Source: Bipalium vagum
Taxonomy: Eukaryota
Length of the DNA stretch: 36,850 nucleotides
Assembly (NCBI GenBank): GCA_037834085.1
Contig: JBBMKC010193942.1
Coordinates: 1 to 36,850, forward strand
Reading direction: 5' to 3'
Shown here: piece after piece, positions 15,603-25,600 of the stretch
Numbering within the stretch: position 1 is the first letter of the stretch
Layout of the letters: each line of letters begins with the position of its first letter
Position numbers and translations under genes: made by a program
Notes under the pieces: generated by a model
The model's input: only the letters and a program-made list of their open reading frames with translations
The model's database searches: none
What the model was told of the DNA's origin: nothing

Positions 15603-16502
15603 ATGGATAGTCCACAATGGTACAATCGGAAATTATGGAATACTTCCAGCCAGTCGATTGATGGAAAACCGGTACGATCTCGGAGTGCTATGTACACTGC
15701 TAGACGAATGGGATCCACATCTCAATCCATGTCGGGAACATTAACAAATCATTTGACAGTAACCAATTTGATTCTTCCAAACAAAAGTAAAGAACTTACA
15801 TATAAATATCTTTTGAATAATAAACCTCAAAAATCCACAACCAGCAGCCCTTTGTATTCTTTATCACCAAATTATTTCATTAATTTTTCTTCACCTAAAA
15901 ATTTCGTAAGAAAAGCCGATTCATTAACTCCATCTGAAATTTTATCATTTCAAAATAAGCCTGTGACTTTTCGTTATAAATATCCAAACATTCAGAATGA
16001 AACAAGACCCTTTGGAGCTCAACATTCCTCTAAACCCTTGTCATCGCAACCTGTGGAATACGACCCGGTCATTTATCCTCTGACAAAAATGTCCGATACT
16101 TCAATTGTTCATCCTAAATCAGATAAAGATCGAATTGACAATTCAGAAACAAAATTAATACCAAAAAATCAACCTGACGAACAACCTTCACGATCAGTAA
16201 TCAGTTCAAATCCAAGTCCGTTAAACATAGAAAATTATAACTCAGTTGAAACTTCTAGTCAAATTAGTTATCCAAAAAAATCTATTTTGAAAAAACCTGC
16301 AAACATTGTGCATTATTCTAACATTTTTCGAAATTCTAATACAAGAATATTGAGTGCCTCTTTGAAGCCCTTACCTTCATCGGAACCTTTAAATAAACCA
16401 TACCATATCAGAAACCAGTTACAGTCTGCTCCTGGGACCAAAAGAGAAGTTAGGTTTGATATGGATAGTAACAATATAATAGAATATTCAGAAATTGACT
16501 GA
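15603..16502 (+). CDS. Intronless 299-aa Ser/Pro/Asn-rich protein of unknown family; candidate PP1 regulatory subunit
   Basis: The longest ORF in the window (900 nt, ATG to TGA), clearly less AT-rich than its flanks and with no TE motifs. Contains KSILKK (SILK, aa 227-230) and KREVRF (RVxF, aa 280-285), followed by II at aa 292-293. Confidence 0.8.
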   Translation: MDSPQWYNRKLWNTSSQSIDGKPVRSRSAMYTARRMGSTSQSMSGTLTNHLTVTNLILPNKSKELTYKYLLNNKPQKSTTSSPLYSLSPNYFINFSSPKNFVRKADSLTPSEILSFQNKPVTFRYKYPNIQNETRPFGAQHSSKPLSSQPVEYDPVIYPLTKMSDTSIVHPKSDKDRIDNSETKLIPKNQPDEQPSRSVISSNPSPLNIENYNSVETSSQISYPKKSILKKPANIVHYSNIFRNSNTRILSASLKPLPSSEPLNKPYHIRNQLQSAPGTKREVRFDMDSNNIIEYSEID

Positions 16503-16724
16503 CAAATATTTTTACTCCTTCAGAATTTGTAAAAAGAAATCTTTGTTTTCCTGGGAGATAGATAACTGTCTCAATCTTGTGGCGATTTTTATCCAATGTA
16601 TTATTTTTCCATTTAATAATATTTCGCGATTTGTAATATTAAAATTATTTTTTGTATTTTAACTTCATCATTTATAATTTTTTAATAATATTTTTTATAC
16701 ATAAACAGTTATAAATAAAAAAAC

Positions 16725-16790
16725 TGTTAACTTATATTGTTATTGTTAACTTCTTATTTATTGTTAACCTCTTCTTATTGTTAACTTATA
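16725..16790. repeat. Imperfect minisatellite with four TGTTAAC cores
   Basis: tgttaacttatattgttattgttaacttcttattttattgttaacctcttcttattgttaacttata read directly; abuts the Tc1 terminus at about 16801. Confidence 0.75.
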
Positions 16791-16800
16791 TTTACTTATA

Positions 16801-17620
16801 TACTTTTACTCCAATAATTATCCGTACGATTATATTGCAAATAATAAAATAACATTTAAGGAAAAATTGTTAGAATATTTTTAAAAGGCCATTGTTTCTA
16901 ATTATAACAGCCAATTCTGCATTTTTAAAAAAACAATAAGAGGATGAAAATAGTTTGTTTTACAAATATAAGCATAATTATTTGAAAAGTTTGAAAATAA
17001 GTGACACAAAAAATATCCGTACGAATATATTTATGTTAAACAGATAAACAATTAGTAACAAAATTTTGTTCTTAATAATTAATTGGTCCATCTTTATTCT
17101 TAATGATCATGTCACAGCGCTTATTCATAGAACTCATCAAGTTATTACAAAAATCTGGAGTCATTTTTTGTCATTCCTCCAAGATACACCTTTTCAAAAT
17201 GATTTTCCCAGTAACTTGTCTCTCCTTCAGTTTTCTCTTCAAAAAAGCCAATAAATTTTCAATTTGTTTCATATCAGATGATTACCCAATCAATTTCATG
17301 ACATTTATATCGGATTCATGAAGCTAATACGTTAAGTTTGGCCGTATGTTTCGGGTCTCTGTCATGTTGAATTTTTAGTCAGATTCAAACAAATTATCTT
17401 TTAAAATTTTTAAATAATCTTGCCTATACATTATTTCATCGATGAAGACTACATTTTCAACTCCCCAACTTGAAAAACATCCCCAGACCATAACCGATCC
17501 ATTACAATGCTTCGTTTTTACACTACATTTCTTCCCAATTTTAAGACATTTGATTGTTTGATTACAAATTATATCCTCCCTATACATTTTATTAATTGAT
17601 ATTTTGCGCATGATTTATTT
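16801..17620 (-). mobile_element. Decayed Tc1 transposon (3' half) with IR/DR-type terminus
   Basis: The minus strand reads TKHCNGSVMVWGCFSSWGVENVVFIDEIMYRQDYLKILKDNL...SSDMKQIENLLAFLKRKL...FCNNLMSSMNKRCDMIIKNK. The direct repeat TATCCGTACGA(T/A)TATATT occurs at about 16819 and 17014, inside the presumed terminal repeat. Confidence 0.85.
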
Positions 17621-17849
17621 TAAAGTTTGCTTAAATATGTCAACTAATATTTATGGCTGTGGATTTGCAATTGATTTTTACAAATTGCATTTCAGAATCA
17701 TTTTATTGTTTTATTACCAAAAAGGTAAAAATACAATACAACCCTCAGAAATAAATTGTGTAACGTGTATGAAAAGGTGTACTTACAATATGATTCTGTC
17801 AAAAAAAGGTCTAAAAATTTCGTTCAGTAATTTCGAGCTTAAAAACAGT

Positions 17850-19068
17850 TTTGTCCCAAAAACACGCTAAATATGATGAGAAAACATTAAAATTCCTCGA
17901 AACAAACCACAAATTCTCGACACGAGATTTTGCTGCAGAAAAAAATCTCGGTAAATATTTACTTAATCTAATAACATGTGCCAAGCAATTTGTGCGTTGG
18001 AGAGTGCTATCAAATTCTCCTACACCTGACCTTACTGCCTCCGAATTATCATCAATTACATTGTGTGCATTTAAATTAAGGGAATTCCGCTTTAAATAAT
18101 AATCATTCATTGCATTAAAAATCCACAGAAATGTATACTTGTCTTCATTTTGGCAAAAGAAAATTTATGAACAAAAGAACGTACGATTTAGATCGGAAAA
18201 CCCGACAATGATTATAGGAAAAGAAACCACGTTCAATCTATACGTAGCATCAATATGTAAATTAATAGATTCACTAAACCAAAATATGTTTTTCATTGTT
18301 ATTAACACACGAATTTGATCTGAAGAATAGCACAATACAAATGGTTCATTTTCATCACTAAGCAAATTATTATTACATATTTCAATTAGATTTTCCCTAG
18401 ACAAATATTTCATTTTCATTATCAGTTTCATTTTTTTTCTGATTTTTATACTTAGATAACACATTGCTTATCTTTCTTAAAGGGACAGATATTTGTTAAT
18501 CAGAAAGTTGTTTCTAGATGTTAAAAATTCTCTTTATTCCTCTTTCGTGCATTTTGATAATTTTTTCTTTTAAAAGATTTGGATTGAGTACAATCAATCA
18601 ACTAATGCAATGCGAGGAATGATCAATGTCGTACAATCAATCGTAATAAACCACATAAGAAGTATAAAATAGGTAATTATTATCTTTTTTGTGTTAAGCG
18701 CACCCCTGCCTTGCTGATGATTTGTAAAAACAAAAATAACGCCAAAACGAGCCGATGAATGGCGAACACTTGAAGTATCAGATGAGTGAAAAGGAAATCT
18801 TAAAACAAATGGAAAAATTAAAACCACAACCGAAAGATGATGTGAAAGTTTCAATTAAAATAAATGTTGATTTTGTTATGTTACCAGTATTTTTATCATA
18901 GGCAATTCTTAAATCAGCTTGACAATGAGCTTTCAATTTATTACAACAATAATATAAAACTGTTGTAAAATTAACTAGATTATTGCACTATCTAATTCTC
19001 CAAAGGTCATTATTGTGATCATAATTTTTATGTTCTATTACTTTCCATTGTATTCGGCCTGAAGTCAT
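17850..19068 (-). mobile_element. Decayed Mutator-like (MULE) transposase, interrupted by an insertion at about 18595-18835
   Basis: N-terminal WRKY/FLYWCH-like zinc finger (MTSGRIQWK...LYYCCNKLKAHCQADLRI from ATG 19068), first-D motif NLHIDATYRLNVVSFPIIIVGFSDLNRTF (ORF 18165-18464) and second-D plus CxxH motif VIDDNSEAVRSG...RTNCLAHVIR (ORF 17811-18110). Stops and frameshifts throughout. Confidence 0.88.
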
Positions 19069-19139
19069 ATTTATTAAAATAAAGATTTTGAATATTTAGA
19101 CAAATATATACATATAGTTTAACTGAAACAAATATTAGC

Positions 19140-20240
19140 CATCTTTGGCATCATCTTTTGGTTACTTCTTTCCGAAGGTTCCGTCAGCAGCCTCGTCAGC
19201 CCTGTCAGCTCTTCTTCACCAGTCCTCGACAGTAGATTTGAAAGGATTAACAAGAAAATAAAGAAATTTACTTGGTTCTCCTTGCCAACCTTCAGCTGTG
19301 CATAAAAATCTTATGAAAGAAGTCTACCGTCTCAACTGCGGCTAGGAGGAACTTTTCCTAACTCACTCAATCCATCACCTATTAGATGTTTCGAAATTAC
19401 CCTATACCCTAAGTCATAAAAGCAAACAATATCACAGTAAAAAAAAATAAAAATAAATAAGACCAGGTCTTTGTGTTTCTATCATCAACAAAAATTTATT
19501 TAAGAAAAAACTGCCTCTCACGAGGAAAATCTGCATCCGGCACAATCTTCCTCCTTTGTCGTCTTGGGTATTCGTCATTATGACAGAGCTTGGATATTGA
19601 TTACAAGCGGCCTTTCGGCTACAGGGATCCCGCAACAGAGCAATATGACCGTTCGTTGCCTGGTTATCTACTGCAACCAGGTTCTTACACTATTTAAGTC
19701 GAGTGAAATTACATAGGTAATTAAAAATATCGTACCTTCCGAAGAACAGTAGTATTTATTTCACCGTATTGCATCTGCGCAAAGATACTAATAGGTGTTT
19801 TTATATGTATTGAGTTCTTATAAGAAGTCCTTCTAGGAAAATCATAAAAATTATACATAAAATCCCTTATTAACCCATCATCATAAAAAGATTTTCAGTA
19901 AACGTTAAAAGAAAATTTCCACCTCACTGTTCTAACCCTTTTCACCCTCATGCCTTGAGATTTGCAGTCTGCCTAATTCAGGATATTGTTGTGTAAATGA
20001 GCTAATGAATCATGATATAGTTCCTTGATTCATTCATTGAGAGTTACTTATTGACCCTTTTTGTTCTCCACCCATGAGCCTTGGGCGTTAATCTACTTTA
20101 GGCCATTAAGCAATCCCCTGTGTAATCCTATCCTGAGCCGTGGTTATAATTACGATTTAATATAAATATATAAATCAAAGATAAAAATAAAGATAAAATA
20201 ATAAAAAATAAGTACAATAAAGAAAGATAAAATAAAAATA
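19140..20240 (+). mobile_element. Highly degenerate R2-like non-LTR retrotransposon 3' fragment with A-rich tail
   Basis: GC-richer island. Frameshifted remnants INKKIKKFTWFSLP...LGG (RT-thumb-like) and CLSRGKS...LCRLGY..SL..LQ..RLQGSR (SRG..CRxGC zinc-knuckle-like), then an A-rich tract from about 20160. Heavily decayed, so the assignment is tentative. Confidence 0.4.
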
Positions 20241-20643
20241 AGTATAATTTAGTAAAAAAAGAGATTTTTAAATTATTTTTTTAATAAAAATTTTAATAAA
20301 GTTTGTAAAGTTATTAAAATTTTTAAAAGTAAAGAAAATTAAAAATATTATTCTTTTAGTAATGATTTTAAAGTTATTCAAAAAAAGAAATTTTTTGAAA
20401 ATTTTTATGAAGAGTTAAAAAAGTTGATATTTTTTAAGAATATAAAATTGTTAAGGTTTTTTGAAAAATAATTTTAAATCTTATAATTAGATAGTATATT
20501 AAGATTTTGATTATTTAAGTTAGTAAAGTTTATTTTTATTTTTCTCTTATTAATTAATAATAATAAATGATACTCTACTTTATATAATATGTATTATGAT
20601 AATAGAGATAAAAAGTACTTTTATATAATAAGATTATCAACCT

Positions 20644-20960
20644 TTAGCTACATGTTGTAAATGAATATGATATCATGTCAGTTGATAAGTAGTGTATATT
20701 CTTTTTCTTGAAGGCAAATCGACGGAACACGTTATCATTCTCTGAATCCCAGGAGCCGAGGCACCTGAGATTAATCGTCCAGATATCAACTTTGTTGCGC
20801 GTTACAAATGCTATTTGCTGAGAGAGTCCTGCATATGTCTTCTGGTTTCTTTTACGACCTTCAGAGACGTTACTACGCTCATCATATGGCACTTTCAGGT
20901 CGATAAGATTGATAACTTTCTTGTCATTGAATCTGGCATTTAAAATGTTCCTAAGAAATC
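20644..20960 (-). mobile_element. 5'-truncated NeSL/R5/Utopia-like non-LTR retrotransposon: restriction-like endonuclease C-terminus
   Basis: The minus strand reads KKVINLIDLKVPYDERSNVSEGRKRNQKTYAG...LRCLGSWDSENDNV, matching the IIDVxxPF/Y...KxxKY...GxLGSWDxEND pattern of NeSL-clade RLE domains. Confidence 0.78.
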
Positions 20961-21346
20961 GAAATAAATAATGAGACCTTTCTTGTTGAGTTTTTTTATA
21001 ATTAAAACCATTAAAAAAAATTCCAAACCAGCGACAAATGAGATCAATGACTTTTCATTTTCCGTTACACATTGTCAACAAAACCAAAAGCGCGCGCATA
21101 GACCAAAAAAACGAAGACTGGAAAAACAAATATACGTGTGCTTGATTATCATCTCACATTAAAGTTGAACCAGTTATATACGTACTTATATTTCCAATGT
21201 ATCCTCAATATTGATTTAATGCAATTTTGTTTGTTGTTGTTATTTATAAAATTATTATTCACAAGCTGCATAAACACCTTTACCACCATTACACACTATC
21301 TAAACGAAAATCTTTGATAATCCTAATAACTGTTATAATTTAAGTG

Positions 21347-21791
21347 TTGGTACTTGTTTAATATATACAAACAGTTTTCATTTTTAAATATATTAAAATT
21401 ATTCTGGTAATAATTTAACGGTAACATTATTTATTAAACTTAATTTATTTTAGATTTAAAAATATCTACAAAAAATAAAATTATACATTTTTACCAAATT
21501 TTGATATCTTCAATGATATAGCATCGAGAATGCATATTTAGGAAATATTGATTTTCTCCACATGAACTATGTGACATAACTTTCAAGGTGGTTTTGACCT
21601 GTTCCCCAGTGACATTTATTTAGTACTGCTTTCTCTTCATTTTTAGCAGACTCCAAATTTTATTTATTAATATAACAAAAAATAAAATAAATAAATAAAT
21701 GTATTATAAATTTAAAAGACATATGAATACAGTTGGTGAATTATATTAAGGTATTTATAAAAACTGTTGGTATATAACAAACAAGTACCAA
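21347..21791. mobile_element. MITE-like element (about 445 bp) with imperfect TIRs
   Basis: ttggtacttgtttaatatatacaaacagtttt (from 21347) versus the reverse complement of aaaactgttggtatataacaaacaagtaccaa (to 21791). Non-coding interior; TSD not evident. Confidence 0.65.
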
Positions 21792-22208
21792 ATTTTTTAA
21801 AATAATATTTCCTTGTCGACAATTTACATTTGAAATTTCTAACTTCCTTGGATTATCACTCATTTATTCTTTTCATTATTTTGTTGGGTTTTGTATTAAA
21901 TAATAGATTTATTGCTTGATCTAACTCCTTGTGTGTTTCAGTGAGGTTAGTGGCCAATCACAGGTATTTTTCCGATAAAAGTTTTGAAAGAATTTGAATA
22001 ACAATGAAGTTTTAAAATACTTATTTATTTTACATGTTTAAATATCCTGTTTCAACTCCCCTACCATTCTCAAATGAATCAGCGTAATATTTTGATTATA
22101 TTTACTTATCATTAAATATAAGTATTATTATTAAATTTTTAATAAAAGATATTTTATTCGTTTGAAAACTTTACTTGGTCTTTAATACTTAAATAAGAAA
22201 ATTTATCG

Positions 22209-22292
22209 AAATAAAATTTGATTATGCTTGATTATAAAACTAAAACGAAATTTGATTATTTCTTGATCTTAAAAATAAAATAAAATTTGATT
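22209..22292. repeat. About 34-35 bp tandem repeat, 2.4 copies
   Basis: Unit aaa(t/c)(a/g)aaatttgattat..cttgat.(a/t)taaaa.t at 22209, 22243 and 22278, about 400 bp upstream of the phosphorylase-domain gene ATG. Confidence 0.75.
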
Positions 22293-22687
22293 GTCACAAA
22301 GATTTACTTTGAATGGATTTTGTTACATTGGTATACTTGAGGTTTTGAAGATAGGTTGAATGATTTAAAAACAAAACGTGTTATTTTATTTTCGTTTTTT
22401 TGCTGATTTCCACAATTTTATTGTTATTTAAATTTTTGTACTTTGGTTTGAATAATTAATTTAATTCCTCCATAAAACTTTAATTTGATCGTTAAAAAAT
22501 TAAGTCTAAGAAATTTTAAAATTATTCTTAATTATTATTATGAAATGAATTTTCATAACATCTATCAAATATTTTATTTCTTGTTTGAACGAAATAATAG
22601 ATTTAAATTTACTTATTATAAATTTAAAATTTATTTTTAGGAAGCGTGAATAATAATTTTCTTTAAGTGTACTAAGCTCTAGAAAAG

Positions 22688-25600
22688 ATGACAACCAGAA
22701 ATTACAAGATCGTAATGACTCCTTCTCAAAAGTTGAATGTCAAAACAATTAAAGTCGAACGATTATATGACATTGATATGGCAAATGTTTATTTAGAAGC
22801 ACAAGGAAAACATTCAGGATTAATTATTAATAAAGAAGAAAAAAATGATAAAGAAGATAAAATTCCACAAGAGATGCAGTTAGAGTTTACATGCATGATG
22901 CGAAATGAAACCTCCGGAGACACTTATGCGGTACTTTATTTATTTTACTTTCTTATAATTTTATTTTGTTGTACAGGAAAACAGACGATTAAAATTCTGG
23001 TTTATTGAAAATTTAAAGCAAATGGAAAAATTAGATGTATCTTATGAGTTTTTTAAGGAATTAATAAATCCGAAAGATTTTCCAAAGGGTAATTAATATA
23101 ATTTACTAACTCATTTTATGATAAATCATTAGATTATCCAAATTTTGTGAAAAAAGTTATGAAACAAATGCAAATAGAAAGGTTTTCAAAACTGAAGCGA
23201 GTAGATATTGATTTTATCACCTTAAACAAACAGGAACAAGATGCTCTTGTGCCTCGTATGATTTTTTTTTCATTTATAAATACTCATGTATATTTTAATC
23301 TTAAAGACATTCTAATGAAACTTTCCTTGATTTTTATTTATTGAATTTTAGATCCAATTATTAACCGAGTTTGTGAATAATAATAATAATTTATTTTTAT
23401 ATTTAGTCTAAGCCATTGTTTCTAATTATTAAGAGATTTGTTAATTAATGGGAAACAAGTGAAAGTGAATACTTCCAAAATTGTGACATTTTAACAATAT
23501 CGATTTAAGTATTGTAAAATCGCTAAATTAATTTGTGATATATGAACATGTCTGATTCCAGACTGAAGTCAATTGTTTAGTGTTAAATTAAGGTTTCAGA
23601 TCGAATTTTTTTTTCGATCTCTTAGGTCACCGTTGATGATTGAAAATGTCACAAAATCAAACATATCCCCCTCTTTATATTTCTTTGCAGTTGTCTTTAA
23701 TGTCAAGTCCTGTCATACATTGACTGTGATATTTTTAAATCGGTTAAACTCTGTTATTAAGTGCTGTTTTTCATTATTTATCAATTATTATTAAAAGTAT
23801 TTCTGGTTCATGTGAGGATCTGTAAAAGGGTGATACAAATTCATTGATCCGATATTTTTGATCAAGATCAGTAATCAGAATTGTGCTCGTATCCGCAGAG
23901 TAAAAATATTTTGACAGAAAAAACTTAATTTTTAGTAACAATTGATGAAATATTCACATTGGGTTTTTGTTAATGATTTCCATTATGTTATCTTCACCAC
24001 TGTTAGGATTGAGAATTTTTCAATCATGTCTACAATAATTAAACCAGTTATTGTCCTTTCATAGAGCATTTCATTTGTTTATATTCTAGAGTTTTTGCTA
24101 TAACAAAAAATCGGTTAAATATTCTCTTTAAATCGCTATTTCTGTTATCAATGTTGTGAACTTTCTATTGTTCCCACTACCTTTCCGTTTGTTGATCGTA
24201 TATCGAGTTTAATAGTGACATAATATGGACATTGCACTATTTCTTCGTCTCGTGCAAAACCTTTTTGGTTTTAATCAATCAATCTTTAAGTAATTTTCAA
24301 TAAATAACATTCTTGACCAATTAATTTTTTGTCTTTTAAATATTTTTTAGTTGATGTCAGTAATACATCGATTTCGCTTTTTTATCTCCCCAAAATGTTC
24401 TGGATTATTGTGTGCGATTGAACCGATCTGTAAAACTTTCAATGCCAATTATAATGTTCCATTTTTCTTTTAGTTTCTGTAAAAGACAATATTATGTTGA
24501 GATTGAAAATCAATATTTCCCTTTGTATTTGTTTTGTTTGTATGGGTTGTTTTCGAATCTAAATCTTGGAAAAATTGTAATTGTTTCATTGATTTCAATT
24601 TTAATTGATTAATTAACCTATTTCTTTTTTCTGATGATTGTTGAAATGAGACATTGTTTTGTGAGTACAGATTCAGCGCTCTTTTTTCATAAAGATCTAA
24701 CAATAAATGCAAAAACATTGTAATGGCATTGTTTAAGCAACTTGATTTGCTCAATGTAATCACTGTAAGCATAACTCCTAATCGATTTTTTCCATTCTTT
24801 CCAACCATTTCGATGTGAATATTTACTGATTCAAATTATCCTAGCACTGATTAGAAATTTTTCATTTTAGCAGTGGAAAATGTTCAAGAAAATTCAGTAG
24901 AAATAGGAATTTCCTCCTACTGCTTTCCTTCTTCCTGTCTCATTTAAAACTTGATAAAGATATCGATTATGTTCTCTTGTGTCTTGTTTTCAGTCAAATC
25001 ACAAAAGTAATTTTACGGCTTCTACATTACTTTGATCACTGAACCGTCATGATTTACTCATGCTTATTTACTTTTGTATCAAAATCAATAATAAAAGAAA
25101 AACCTTTGCCACTGATAGTTATAATGGAAAACTAGGCTAAATGTCCTGTTTACAGATGTGCAGATGACGCCAAGATGAACAAACTCTCAACCTCTAATGA
25201 TAATAACGCGTGTGCTTTAATAATATGGTTAAAAAAACAAAGGTCGTCACAAATTACTTAGATAAACATCTCTGTTCCTCGTTTTCCACATAATCTTAAA
25301 CGATAATTTGCATAAGTTGGCATGGTATATGAGACTATATAGACTATTACTAATCAATTCAAGAATGGAGTCGGTCTGTGTTTCGCCTTTGCTCTAAGTT
25401 AATAATAATAATAATTATTATTATTATTATCGGTTATTCTTGAACAACGATAACATTTCTACAAACAAACATCCGCTGAGTCTTACATCATGATATTACA
25501 TAACACCGAAAATTTTGTTGATGTAAAATCCTCTAACGATTTACTTGCCAAATGTGTTCTGATAGATTGTATACCGATTAAAAACGATATGGATTTATAC

